Program-made: the position numbers and the translations under genes | Shown here: in pieces, positions 28,182 through 37,764 of the stretch | Layout: each line of letters opens with the position of its first letter | How positions within the stretch are numbered: position 1 is the stretch's first letter | The notes under the pieces: generated by a model | Database searches by the model: none | The model's input: the letters and a program-made list of their open reading frames with translations, nothing else | Told to the model about the DNA's origin: nothing | Assembly: GCF_058153355.1 (NCBI RefSeq) | Contig: NZ_CM177019.1 | Length of the DNA: 64,000 nucleotides | Reading direction: 5' to 3' (one strand)

Positions 28182-29608
28182 TAATGCCGATCAGTTAAGG
28201 ATCAGTTGACCGATCCAGTGGCTGTGTAAGAATCCGGAAACGCTCACTTGTTTCCGGATTTTTTTATGCACATTGGACAGGCTCTTGATCTGGTATCCCG
28301 TTACGATTCTCTGCGTAACCCACTGACTTCTCTGGGGGATTACCTCGACCCCGAACTCATCTCTCGTTGCCTTGCCGAATCAGGTACTGTAACGCTACGC
28401 AAGCGCCGTCTTCCCCTCGAAATGATGGTCTGGTGTATTGTTGGCATGGCGCTTGAGCGTAAAGAACCTCTTCACCAGATTGTGAATCGCCTGGACATCA
28501 TGCTGCCGGGCAATCGCCCCTTCGTTGCCCCCAGTGCCGTTATTCAGGCCCGCCAGCGCCTGGGAAGTGAGGCTGTCCGCCGCGTGTTCACGAAAACAGC
28601 GCAGCTCTGGCATAACGCCACGCCGCATCCGCACTGGTGCGGCCTGACCCTGCTGGCCATCGATGGTGTGTTCTGGCGCACACCGGATACACCAGAGAAC
28701 GATGCAGCCTTCCCCCGCCAGACACATGCCGGGAACCCGGCGCTCTACCCGCAGGTCAAAATGGTCTGCCAGATGGAACTGACCAGCCATCTGCTGACGG
28801 CTGCAGCCTTCGGCACGATGAAGAACAGCGAAAATGAGCTTGCTGAGCAACTTATAGAACAAACCGGCGATAACACTCTGACGTTAATGGATAAAGGTTA
28901 TTACTCACTGGGACTGTTAAATGCCTGGAGCCTGGCGGGAGAACACCGCCACTGGATGATACCTCTCAGAAAGGGAGCGCAATATGAAGAGATCAGAAAA
29001 CTGGGTAAAGGCGATCATCTGGTGAAGCTGAAAACCAGCCCGCAGGCACGAAAAAAGTGGCCGGGACTGGGAAATGAAGTGACAGCCCGCCTGCTGACCG
29101 TGACGCGCAAAGGAAAAGTCTGCCATCTGCTGACGTCGATGACGGACGCCATGCGCTTCCCCGGAGGAGAAATGGCGGATCTGTACAGTCATCGCTGGGA
29201 AATCGAACTGGGATACAGGGAGATAAAACAGACGATGCAACTGAGCAGGCTGACGCTGAGAAGTAAAAAGCCGGAGCTTGTGGAGCAAGAGCTGTGGGGT
29301 GTCTTACTGGCTTATAATCTGGTGAGATATCAGATGATTAAAATGGCGGAACATCTGAAAGGTTACTGGCCGAATCAACTGAGTTTCTCAGAATCATGCG
29401 GAATGGTGATGAGAATGCTGATGACATTGCAGGGCGCTTCACCGGGACGTATACCGGAGCTGATGCGCGATCTTGCAAGTATGGGACAACTTGTGAAATT
29501 ACCGACAAGAAGGGAAAGGGCCTTCCCGAGAGTGGTAAAGGAGAGGCCCTGGAAATACCCCACAGCCCCGAAAAAGAGCCAGTCAGTTGCTTAACTGACT
29601 GGCATTAC
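28182..29608 (+). mobile_element. IS4 insertion sequence, complete
   Basis: About 1427 bp, bounded by imperfect 18-bp terminal inverted repeats (TAATGCCGATCAGTTAAG at left; reverse complement of the right end is TAATGCCAGTCAGTTAAG) and carrying a single transposase ORF. Confidence 0.9.
28266..29594 (+). CDS. insG: IS4 transposase
   Basis: ORF 28248-29594 trimmed to [16 protein letters not shown]...; 442-aa DDE transposase recognised as IS4 InsG. Confidence 0.9.
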   Translation: MHIGQALDLVSRYDSLRNPLTSLGDYLDPELISRCLAESGTVTLRKRRLPLEMMVWCIVGMALERKEPLHQIVNRLDIMLPGNRPFVAPSAVIQARQRLGSEAVRRVFTKTAQLWHNATPHPHWCGLTLLAIDGVFWRTPDTPENDAAFPRQTHAGNPALYPQVKMVCQMELTSHLLTAAAFGTMKNSENELAEQLIEQTGDNTLTLMDKGYYSLGLLNAWSLAGEHRHWMIPLRKGAQYEEIRKLGKGDHLVKLKTSPQARKKWPGLGNEVTARLLTVTRKGKVCHLLTSMTDAMRFPGGEMADLYSHRWEIELGYREIKQTMQLSRLTLRSKKPELVEQELWGVLLAYNLVRYQMIKMAEHLKGYWPNQLSFSESCGMVMRMLMTLQGASPGRIPELMRDLASMGQLVKLPTRRERAFPRVVKERPWKYPTAPKKSQSVA

Positions 29609-29622
29609 AGCCTTCGGGCTGG
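29609..29622. repeat. IS4 target-site duplication, right copy
   Basis: CAGCCTTCGGGCTG immediately right of the IS4 right IR; together with the flanks it reconstitutes an AAAAATGCCAGCC-TTCG-GGCTGGCATTTTT bidirectional terminator hairpin. Confidence 0.8.
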
Positions 29623-29639
29623 CATTTTTTATGGCTGAG

Positions 29640-30545
29640 TTACCAGCGACCGGAAGCACCGCCACCGCCAGAAGAACCGCCACCTCCGCTAAATCCGCCG
29701 CCACTTGAGCCGCCACCGGAAGAGGATGAAGAAGAACCTTTTCTTGAAGCTCTTTCTTTACCGAGCGTCTTGTATTTGGCTCGTAGCTTTTTATTAACGA
29801 TAAGCCAAAAGATAAGCAGCGCTACGATCGCAAAAGGCGTTAACATACCGCAGGCAACGATTAAATTCGTCCATGGTCCTGGCTCGGCAACATAGAGGAA
29901 TACCATCCCGTAAATTGCGGCAGTGAGAGTTATCCAGGGTAGATTCGACGGATCGGTAAAAACAACAAAATATGAAAGCACTGCCAGCAATATAAGTACA
30001 GCAAGCGAAAATGGGATAGGGGGATTGATACTGTAATAATTCCCCCTGCCTTCCGGTAATTCACCATTCATCAGAAGTGCGCCGATATTTTCGCTTGCCA
30101 GTGTTAACCCCCCCATCAGGTCATCACTTTTGAAAGCAGGGATTAATATGTCACGGATAATCTTTGCCGCTTGCAGGTCGGTAACCACCCCTTCCAGCCC
30201 ATAGCCGACTTCTATACGAACAGCATGATCTTCCCAGGCAACCAGAAGTAAAATGCCATCGTTTCGCTGCTTATCTCCCAGTTTCCAGCTATCAAAAACG
30301 CGTGTTGCATATTGTTCAATAGAATCGTCTCCGGTGGATGGCACTATTAATACGGCGACCTGTGCCCGTGTTTTTTGTGTAATATCCTGCAGCTGTTGTG
30401 TCAGTGATTGTTGTTCAGACGTGCTTAAGGTACCAGTAATATCGGTCACCTGTTGGCGCAGCTCCGGCACAGCAATTTGCTGGGCAAGCACAGGAAGGCA
30501 CCATAAAGTGAGTAGAAAAAGGATTATACGCATAACGATCACCAA
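29640..30545 (-). CDS. TPM-domain membrane protein (YgcG-like), paralogue 1
   Basis: 301-aa ORF: signal peptide (MRIILFLLTLWCLPVLAQQ), TPM-type domain (EQYATRVFDSWKLGDK...GILLLVAWEDHAVRIEVGYGLEG), C-terminal TM helices, Gly/Ser-rich tail ending GGGGASGRW. Real start probably the Met at about 30533. Confidence 0.85.
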   Translation of the reverse strand: MVIVMRIILFLLTLWCLPVLAQQIAVPELRQQVTDITGTLSTSEQQSLTQQLQDITQKTRAQVAVLIVPSTGDDSIEQYATRVFDSWKLGDKQRNDGILLLVAWEDHAVRIEVGYGLEGVVTDLQAAKIIRDILIPAFKSDDLMGGLTLASENIGALLMNGELPEGRGNYYSINPPIPFSLAVLILLAVLSYFVVFTDPSNLPWITLTAAIYGMVFLYVAEPGPWTNLIVACGMLTPFAIVALLIFWLIVNKKLRAKYKTLGKERASRKGSSSSSSGGGSSGGGFSGGGGSSGGGGASGRW

Positions 30546-31687
30546 CGGCCGGATGAACTGCCGCCTCCTGAAGAACCGCCGCCACCGCGGAAAGAATTTT
30601 TCGACGAAGAGCGAGAATGAGCATTACGATTCCCCGTTTTCCTGTTGCTTTTATGTCCTGATCCCAGTTTAAGATTGCCAGTAAATTTGGCCACAATGAT
30701 CAGCAGAACGATGCCTGCAATGGTTATTGGGCCGATAAAATGATCAATTAGCCCAATAATTGTTGAGATGAATGCTATATCTTTATTACTGGCGAACACC
30801 AGGCACCATCCCACAACAATTATCAGCAGCACGACAAACAATGAGTTTCGTTCGGATTGAGAAAACTGCTGAGTCGTCTTTTGTTTTTTCACTTTAGCGT
30901 TTTTATTTTGGGGGGCCAGCATCATAGGAAATGCGCGGCATATATTAAAAACTACCGCGAGACGCTGCCAGCAGATTGCTGCGAAAAATAAACTAAAACA
31001 AACGACCGATACCCGCCGAATGATGACATCGTCCTGAAAGGAGAAAAACCAGACCATAGGAGTAATCATCGATATCATCCATATGCCAGGCCCGGGACGG
31101 CTGGTAAATCGCCAGAGGACAACGATGGCAACGATCATCAGTAATGTCCAGGCAAGACATGGCAGCGAGCGTTGCGGATTAGCAAACAGATGATTGGCTA
31201 AAGCATCCAAAGGGCTAAGGTTCGCTTTGATATGGGTAAACTGTGCGATGCTTTCAATTCCCTGCGTTAACCCGGAGAAGAGATTATTTTTTTTGAATTC
31301 CGGTTGCATATGGTAATGAACAATTTGCGCAGCTTGTTCCGGTGGCAGCATCTCTTCCAGTCCATGCCCAATCTTCATTGACGCCAGCCCTTCCGGCCAA
31401 ACGACGAGAATTAAGATACCTTCGCCGTACCGCTTCTCTCCAACAGGTTTCCAGTGATATATCCCGTAGCTTTGCGAGGCTGCAAGTTTAATGTCTTTAC
31501 CCCCAGTGGTCGGCGTTACCAACACGGCCACCTGAAAGTGGTTTTGCTGCTCGAGAGTCTGTAATTGTTGATTTAAAGCAGTTTGTTCTTCTGTCGTTAA
31601 TGTCCCGGTTAAGTCAGTTACTGAAGGCAATTGTTCAGCGAATGCCTGGAAACCACATAGCATCAGAAGTAAGAGAAAAATACGCAT
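30539..31687 (-). CDS. TPM-domain membrane protein, paralogue 2 (extended polytopic membrane insert)
   Basis: 382-aa ORF: signal peptide, TPM-like N-domain (GILILVVWPEGLASMKIGHGLEE), about 4 hydrophobic segments, basic linker, tail GGGGSSGGGSSSGRW; overlaps paralogue 1 by 7 nt. Confidence 0.8.
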   Translation of the reverse strand: MRIFLLLLMLCGFQAFAEQLPSVTDLTGTLTTEEQTALNQQLQTLEQQNHFQVAVLVTPTTGGKDIKLAASQSYGIYHWKPVGEKRYGEGILILVVWPEGLASMKIGHGLEEMLPPEQAAQIVHYHMQPEFKKNNLFSGLTQGIESIAQFTHIKANLSPLDALANHLFANPQRSLPCLAWTLLMIVAIVVLWRFTSRPGPGIWMISMITPMVWFFSFQDDVIIRRVSVVCFSLFFAAICWQRLAVVFNICRAFPMMLAPQNKNAKVKKQKTTQQFSQSERNSLFVVLLIIVVGWCLVFASNKDIAFISTIIGLIDHFIGPITIAGIVLLIIVAKFTGNLKLGSGHKSNRKTGNRNAHSRSSSKNSFRGGGGSSGGGSSSGRW

Positions 31688-31701
31688 TTCAATTCCTTTT
31701 G

Positions 31702-32640
31702 TTACCAGCGCCCGGAGGCGCCACCGCCGCCAGATGAACCGCCGCCGCCGCTGAAATTATCATTGTCAAAAGAGGATGAAGAGGAAGATGACGACGATGA
31801 TGAAGAACGCCTGGAGGCCGAGTTACTTCTTTCGTAATGTGACGGTCGGTTGGCACTGCGCATCGAATCCCGAACCTTTTTGCCGAAGGGGGTAAAAGCG
31901 ATGGCGACAGCCAGGAACGGTGTGGCGAAGCAGAGTAATGTTGCGAGTACTCCCCAGCTTCCGCTGAAACCTGCTATAGGTAAAACAAAGGCCAGTACAA
32001 TAGCTGTGAAGCAAATTAGTCCCAGCGTTTTGACATATCCTCTGGCGGAAATAAAGGTCAGTACTATTGCCCAGACTAACAAAGCCCACCAACCGCTAAA
32101 GGGCAAAGGGTGATCGGTCGGTGTTATCGCTTCTAAATTATTCCCCGTCAGACGATTATCAATATCGCTTATTCCCTTTTGCAAGCCGCCAGCAAGGTCG
32201 CCATTTTTAAATGCCGGAATAATACTGTTGCGAATAATTTTCCCGGACTGCGCATCCGTAATAACGCCTTCCAGTCCGTAACCGATTTCAATACGCACGG
32301 TATGATCCTGCCAGGCGACTAACAGTAGAACGCCATCATCGCGGTCTTTATCACCCGGTTTCCAGCTATCGAATACCCGCGTAGCGTACTGCTCGATGGT
32401 TTCATCGCCCGTTGTTTCAACCACTAACACGACCAGTTGTGCGTGGCTTTTTTGCATCAGCTCTTTAATCTGATTGGTCAACGTATTTACTTCATCGTTC
32501 GTCAATTTGCCGGTTAAGTCATTCACATACCTGGGTGATTCAGGTACTGGAATTTGTATGGCAAACACAGATGAACAAAAGAAAGCCATAAGGAAGATAA
32601 AATTTCGCACAGGACTTCCTCGCTTAATGAGCATTAGCAT
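31702..32640 (-). CDS. TPM-domain membrane protein, paralogue 3
   Basis: 312-aa ORF: signal peptide, TPM domain (EQYATRVFDSWKPGDKDRDDGVLLLVAWQDHTVRIEIGYGLEG), TM helices, poly-Ser tract and tail GGGGSSGGGGASGRW; start overlaps the lemA stop by 17 nt. Confidence 0.85.
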   Translation of the reverse strand: MLMLIKRGSPVRNFIFLMAFFCSSVFAIQIPVPESPRYVNDLTGKLTNDEVNTLTNQIKELMQKSHAQLVVLVVETTGDETIEQYATRVFDSWKPGDKDRDDGVLLLVAWQDHTVRIEIGYGLEGVITDAQSGKIIRNSIIPAFKNGDLAGGLQKGISDIDNRLTGNNLEAITPTDHPLPFSGWWALLVWAIVLTFISARGYVKTLGLICFTAIVLAFVLPIAGFSGSWGVLATLLCFATPFLAVAIAFTPFGKKVRDSMRSANRPSHYERSNSASRRSSSSSSSSSSSSFDNDNFSGGGGSSGGGGASGRW

Positions 32641-33226
32641 TCTGGCTAAAATCTATTGTTGGGGTTTTACTCACAGCGGCGACATCATCCGGCAAATAAT
32701 TTTTCTTCGGTGTGTAATCCATGACTTTTGCGGTTAACACTGCGGGGAATTTGCGGATAGTGACATTATATTGTTCGATGGCTTTAATATATCTTCCTCG
32801 CGCAACGGCAATTCGATTTTCACTTCCTTCGAGCTGTACCATCAAATTTTGATAGAGTTCCTGGGCCTTTAGCTCAGGGTAACGTTCACTAATTATCGTT
32901 AACTGACCGAGAGTGCGAGACACCTGCGCCTGAGCTTGTTGCCAGGTTTGTAATTTTTGTTCATCTCCCGGAGTTTGCTGAAGAGCACTACTGGCGCGAT
33001 TAGCCTGACTACGTGCCAATGTTACGGCTTCCAGTACCTCTTGTTCATGGCTGGAATAACCTTTAATACTGGCGACAAGATTAGGAATAAGATCGGCGCG
33101 ACGTTGATATTGATTTAATACCTCAGACCAGGAAGCGTTAACCTGCTCATCATAGGTTTGAATATCGTTATATCCACAGCCTGATAAATTGAAAATAAAT
33201 ATAATTACGATGAATATTCTGAGCAT
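32624..33226 (-). CDS. LemA-family lipoprotein
   Basis: 200-aa ORF with lipoprotein signal (lipobox LSGC) and LemA-type sequence (RRADLIPNLVASIKGYSSHEQEVLEAVTLARS...); first gene of the four-gene minus-strand cluster. Confidence 0.85.
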   Translation of the reverse strand: MLRIFIVIIFIFNLSGCGYNDIQTYDEQVNASWSEVLNQYQRRADLIPNLVASIKGYSSHEQEVLEAVTLARSQANRASSALQQTPGDEQKLQTWQQAQAQVSRTLGQLTIISERYPELKAQELYQNLMVQLEGSENRIAVARGRYIKAIEQYNVTIRKFPAVLTAKVMDYTPKKNYLPDDVAAVSKTPTIDFSQNANAH

Positions 33227-33398
33227 GGTTAAATTCCTTTTAATTAATTTCTTAAAACATAATACGCCACTTCATTTTATTCTTTATGATCTAATCCACT
33301 TTTTGCCTTAAACCTGCCTGTAACAGAATGTTAATAAGACATGATTGTTGTGGCAGGATCTGCAATAATTAACAATTATCCACTTCACAGAGAATGCT

Positions 33399-34070
33399 AT
33401 GCAGTACCCGATTAACGAGATGTTCCAGACCCTGCAAGGTGAGGGTTACTTTACCGGCGTCCCCGCCATTTTTATTCGTTTACAGGGATGCCCGGTCGGC
33501 TGTGCCTGGTGCGACACCAAACACACCTGGGAAAAGCTTGAGGATCGGGAAGTCTCCCTTTTCAGCATTCTGGCGAAGACCAAAGAGAGTGATAAGTGGG
33601 GGGCGGCGAGCAGTGAAGATTTGCTGGCTGTCATTGGTCGTCAGGGATACACCGCGCGGCATGTGGTGATTACGGGTGGTGAGCCTTGCATTCATGATTT
33701 GCTGCCACTGACTGACCTGCTCGAAAAGAACGGTTTTAGCTGCCAGATCGAAACCAGCGGTACTCATGAAGTACGCTGCACGCCGAATACCTGGGTTACC
33801 GTATCGCCAAAGCTGAACATGCGCGGCGGCTATGAAGTGTTGTCACAGGCACTGGAGCGAGCCAACGAAATCAAGCATCCAGTGGGACGCGTACGTGATA
33901 TTGAAGCACTGGATGAACTATTGGCGACGCTGACCGATGATAAACCACGAGTCATTGCACTGCAGCCAATTAGCCAAAAGGATGATGCCACACGTTTGTG
34001 CATTGAAACTTGCATTGCGCGTAACTGGCGTTTGTCGATGCAAACACATAAATATTTAAATATTGCCTGA
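33399..34070 (+). CDS. queE: 7-carboxy-7-deazaguanine synthase (radical SAM)
   Basis: 223-aa ORF recognised as QueE/YgcF (CxxxCxxC-type motif GCPVGCAWCDT). Confidence 0.93.
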   Translation: MQYPINEMFQTLQGEGYFTGVPAIFIRLQGCPVGCAWCDTKHTWEKLEDREVSLFSILAKTKESDKWGAASSEDLLAVIGRQGYTARHVVITGGEPCIHDLLPLTDLLEKNGFSCQIETSGTHEVRCTPNTWVTVSPKLNMRGGYEVLSQALERANEIKHPVGRVRDIEALDELLATLTDDKPRVIALQPISQKDDATRLCIETCIARNWRLSMQTHKYLNIA

Positions 34071-34353
34071 CAGGTAATGTGAGTAGAGGTTGTGACGATT
34101 AAGCCTCTACTCTTACATCAATCTGTAAATGCCCCATTTTCTCCTCTCTTTGGTCCGACTCCGCAATTTCGTATATTTTTCAATAGTGTTAATGTTTTGT
34201 CCAAGTAAAAATTACCAGACATTCGGAGGTTTTTAACTAACATTTATAGTGGGTAAATTGGTGGGATACGCTTAACCTTAAAAAATCAATATAAACAATA
34301 GGTTATGATTGGTGTTTGTCTTATCGGATGAACTAATTTAAATGGAGTACTAA

Positions 34354-34617
34354 ATGGCTACTTTAATGGAAAAAGATTCTCTCCTGAATGGCGTAAGTCA
34401 AAATATTGCATTTTTATCAAATGTATCAGAAATGATTTACAAGTCCCAGAATGAAGAATTACAAAAGGAGATATATGAATTGGTGAGTTATAGAGACTAT
34501 TTATATTCAACAGGCCATGAACTCGTTGATTTCAAGGAAGGAGTATTGCGATTTCAGCAAGTTAGAAAAAAATACATGCAGGATCTAAAAGCGCTAGGTT
34601 ATCCCGCAACCAATTGA
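34354..34617 (+). CDS. hypothetical small protein (87 aa) in an AT-rich islet
   Basis: ORF with GGAG Shine-Dalgarno 7 nt upstream; surrounding 34071-34797 is far more AT-rich than the flanks; no family recognised. Confidence 0.45.
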   Translation: MATLMEKDSLLNGVSQNIAFLSNVSEMIYKSQNEELQKEIYELVSYRDYLYSTGHELVDFKEGVLRFQQVRKKYMQDLKALGYPATN

Positions 34618-34797
34618 TAAATATGTCTTTATATTAATTTTAGGATGTGGATAACCTGCTGAAATTTATATTAAAAATGAAATAAAAATATTAAATTCAT
34701 ATCATGCTTGCGTTTTGTTCTCGATAACGCGTAATTTTGTTGAATGCTTTCTCCTGTGAATGCAAAACCAGGCAGTTTCCCGCCCGGCCTTCCTCAC

Positions 34798-36282
34798 TTA
34801 CGCATTCGACCAGCTCTGGATCGAATCTTCATTCCCCAGCTCACCATGCATCACTTCATACGATTTTTTCAGGATCACATCAGTGTGTTTGGTTAGGTCT
34901 TTGAAAATGCCTTTATTCATCGCGTCGTAGCGTTTGGCGTTGCTCTCAACAGGCATAAAGATATCTTTCACGCGAACCATTTTGTCGACAGCCGTTGCGT
35001 AATCCGGGTATAGCCCCAGACCTACCGCCGTATTAATCGCTGCCCCCAGGCTTGCACAACCGTTAATGGCGTTACGTCGTGCCGGAAGGTTGAACACGTC
35101 GGCAAAAATTTGCATAAACAGATCGCTGTTCGAACCGCCGCCAGTAATGATCACATGTTTCGCAAAGTGATTCATTTCATGACACATATTGTCGTAATTG
35201 TTCTTCAGCGTCAGCGTCAGCGCCACGCTTTCCAGTATCGAACGATATATCCATGCGTAATCCATGCTGGAATCAAAGCCGATCATAATCCCGCGTTTGT
35301 ACGGTTCCCACGGATTGGTCAGCCAGTCCAGCACCGTCATCAGACCATTACAGCCAGGCGGCACACAACAAGCTTTTTTGTTGAGCAAATCTTCCGGTGA
35401 AAGATCCTGCGCCCTGGCATCCTGAATTAACGATTCGCCTAGCATGTCGCGCAGCCAACTCACCGTCCACATGCCTTTGCGAATACCGTAACCTTCATAC
35501 AGCAAGGTTTGCGGAATAGAAGACATAATCGGCCAGTACGCTACCGGATCTTTCGGCAGTACTTTGCCGTTCATCATCAACGCGATGTAAGTGCCAAGAG
35601 AAATTACCGCAGTTTCATCATCCAGTAACCCGGCTCCCAGTGCTTCTACCGGTTTATCACTGGTGGTACAAACAACCGGCAGCCCAGCCGGGAAATGTGT
35701 CGCCAGCGCGGCTTGTGGTGTGATATGCCCAAGAACAGTGCCCGGCATTTGCACATCAAAAAGCATCTGTTGGGGAATATTAAACTTCTCCATTACCGCG
35801 GTATCTTCGCTCCATGCCCAGGTCTTATAATCCACCGGCCACTGACCAAAATAGTTGGCGATATTGTCTTTAAACTCGCCGGTTAAACGGTGTGTCAGAT
35901 AACCTGAAAAAGAGGTGACATATGCCACATCAGGATTGGTGTGCTCGTAGGGACGTGTTACGCGTGCATCCTGCCAGCTAATCAACGGCGCAGCTGGCGT
36001 GCCATCGGCTTTCAATAACGCACGGCAGCAACGGATAGATCCCAGACCAATGCCGACAATATCTTCTTTATTCCCGGCAAACTGGCTCATCAAATCGTGA
36101 CCAGCAAAACATAATGATGCCCATAAATCATCGTCAGGATGTTCTGCGGTATCGGCATCTGGAGTGTGCATCGGTTGTAATAAGCCTTTGCCTTCGCAAA
36201 CCACGTTACCTTCCAGATCGTACATCACCACTTTTGTGCTCTGACTTCCGCCATCAATCCCTATGATGTATTTTTTCGACAT
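34798..36282 (-). CDS. ygcE: FGGY-family carbohydrate kinase
   Basis: 494-aa ORF, FGGY kinase N-terminus (IGIDGGSQSTKVVMYD). Confidence 0.88.
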   Translation of the reverse strand: MSKKYIIGIDGGSQSTKVVMYDLEGNVVCEGKGLLQPMHTPDADTAEHPDDDLWASLCFAGHDLMSQFAGNKEDIVGIGLGSIRCCRALLKADGTPAAPLISWQDARVTRPYEHTNPDVAYVTSFSGYLTHRLTGEFKDNIANYFGQWPVDYKTWAWSEDTAVMEKFNIPQQMLFDVQMPGTVLGHITPQAALATHFPAGLPVVCTTSDKPVEALGAGLLDDETAVISLGTYIALMMNGKVLPKDPVAYWPIMSSIPQTLLYEGYGIRKGMWTVSWLRDMLGESLIQDARAQDLSPEDLLNKKACCVPPGCNGLMTVLDWLTNPWEPYKRGIMIGFDSSMDYAWIYRSILESVALTLTLKNNYDNMCHEMNHFAKHVIITGGGSNSDLFMQIFADVFNLPARRNAINGCASLGAAINTAVGLGLYPDYATAVDKMVRVKDIFMPVESNAKRYDAMNKGIFKDLTKHTDVILKKSYEVMHGELGNEDSIQSWSNA

Positions 36283-36308
36283 GATTTTTCTCCTGTAATT
36301 TTCCTGGC

Positions 36309-37586
36309 TTACTTGCTGCTAGCCATTGCGGGGGCGCTATCAGCAGTACGAATTTTTTGGAACAGCAAAAAGGTAAAGACGATCACCATGGCAAGCGCCG
36401 CCATGCCCATCAGCCACATATTGCGGTAGGCTTCTGCCGCGGGCAGGGTGTCTTGCCAGTGGCCGATAATTGGGTAAACGAAGACATCCGGCAGAAATCC
36501 AATCACCGAACAAATACCTACCGTGGTGCCCATAATGTAAGACGGTGTTCTCGCTTCGCCGGGGCAGGCCCAGTACAGCCCGCGGGAGGCGTAGCAGGTG
36601 AATCCCAGTAGTAAAATCAGGCCAATCCCCATCGCGACCGATTGCGGGTTAGAGTTCGTGATGAGCAGGGCAGTTAACGCCAGCAGGCCGAGTACGGAAA
36701 GGATTTGGATCACGCGGGTAGGGGATTTCACTTTGCTGTAGGTGGTGATAATGCCACCAAGTGGGCCGCACAGTGCGCGGAAGATTTTGTTGATCACAAT
36801 CCCCATGTAGCTCGCCGCCACCAGCGACATGCCGTACATTTCGGTCAGATAGTTGGTGGAGTAACTCAGAATGGCGTAGATGGTGAAGACGCCAAAAATC
36901 ACCATGCTGCAGTACCATGTGGTGCTGATACGCAAAACGGCAAGGATGTCGCTAAGCTGGAATGACTGTTTTTCTTCGGTGTTGGTATTGCGCAGGTTGT
37001 TGTTATCGCTAACAAAAAACCAGCACAGAATCCCCAACAAGATGTAAACCACACTATAGATGATAATGACCGTTTTCAGGCTGGCGCTGTCATCCGGTGC
37101 AAAGCGAGAAAAGACCCACATGGTAAACACCGCCAGCGACATTACACCGACGCCGCGCAGCCCTTCCATCCAGCCCATAATTTTCCCCTGCTCGCTATGA
37201 TCGCCAAGCAACGATGCGGCTTTAATCGACACCGACCACAGCATTAAAATCGTCGTTATCGCAAAGGCGACCTGAATACAGAGCATTACCCACAGCGGTG
37301 GATACGTTGCCATTAACAGACCCAGCAATCCGGTAATGATCATCGCGGAAGTAATCATTTTGCGGTGTGAAAATTTATCGGCAATAACGCTGCTGGGGGC
37401 ATAAAGAATAATAGCCGCAATACCAAAGGTACTCATTATTAAACCTATCTCGGTATTGCTGAATCCCATAAATTTCGCCATGGGAATTTGATAAATATAA
37501 CGTAAATAAGCCAGGTCGAAACTAACGCCGCCGCTAAAACTAATTATCGCGAGGGTTATCCAACGGCGATATGAGTTGTGTTGCAT
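36309..37586 (-). CDS. yqcE: MFS transporter
   Basis: 425-aa polytopic ORF upstream of ygcE on the same strand. Confidence 0.88.
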   Translation of the reverse strand: MQHNSYRRWITLAIISFSGGVSFDLAYLRYIYQIPMAKFMGFSNTEIGLIMSTFGIAAIILYAPSSVIADKFSHRKMITSAMIITGLLGLLMATYPPLWVMLCIQVAFAITTILMLWSVSIKAASLLGDHSEQGKIMGWMEGLRGVGVMSLAVFTMWVFSRFAPDDSASLKTVIIIYSVVYILLGILCWFFVSDNNNLRNTNTEEKQSFQLSDILAVLRISTTWYCSMVIFGVFTIYAILSYSTNYLTEMYGMSLVAASYMGIVINKIFRALCGPLGGIITTYSKVKSPTRVIQILSVLGLLALTALLITNSNPQSVAMGIGLILLLGFTCYASRGLYWACPGEARTPSYIMGTTVGICSVIGFLPDVFVYPIIGHWQDTLPAAEAYRNMWLMGMAALAMVIVFTFLLFQKIRTADSAPAMASSK

Positions 37587-37610
37587 ATCGTATTCCCATT
37601 TGTAATAGAC

Positions 37611-37658
37611 AAAAAAAAGAGAAAAGTAAGCCGCCCTTTCAGGTGGATTACTTTTCTC
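37611..37658 (-). terminator. intrinsic-terminator-like hairpin plus U8 in the yqcE 5' leader (candidate attenuator)
   Basis: Minus-sense: GAGAAAAGTAA (18-nt loop) TTACTTTTCTC followed by TTTTTTTT, ending about 25 nt upstream of the yqcE ATG; no upstream same-strand gene for it to terminate. Confidence 0.5.
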
Positions 37659-37764
37659 AGGTCTCTAGTAATTGCAGTAAGAAATAACATGGAAAGCAGT
37701 GGTGTTGTGTGAGAGTAATCACGCTTCTGCTTTTTAAAATTATTTGACAATTCGAATATCACAC

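Noticed and set aside
34071-34797. Possible second CRISPR array at the ygcE-queE site
   Set aside because: Searched for the 29-bp I-E repeat and its reverse complement; none present. The only array in the window is at 52912-53062.
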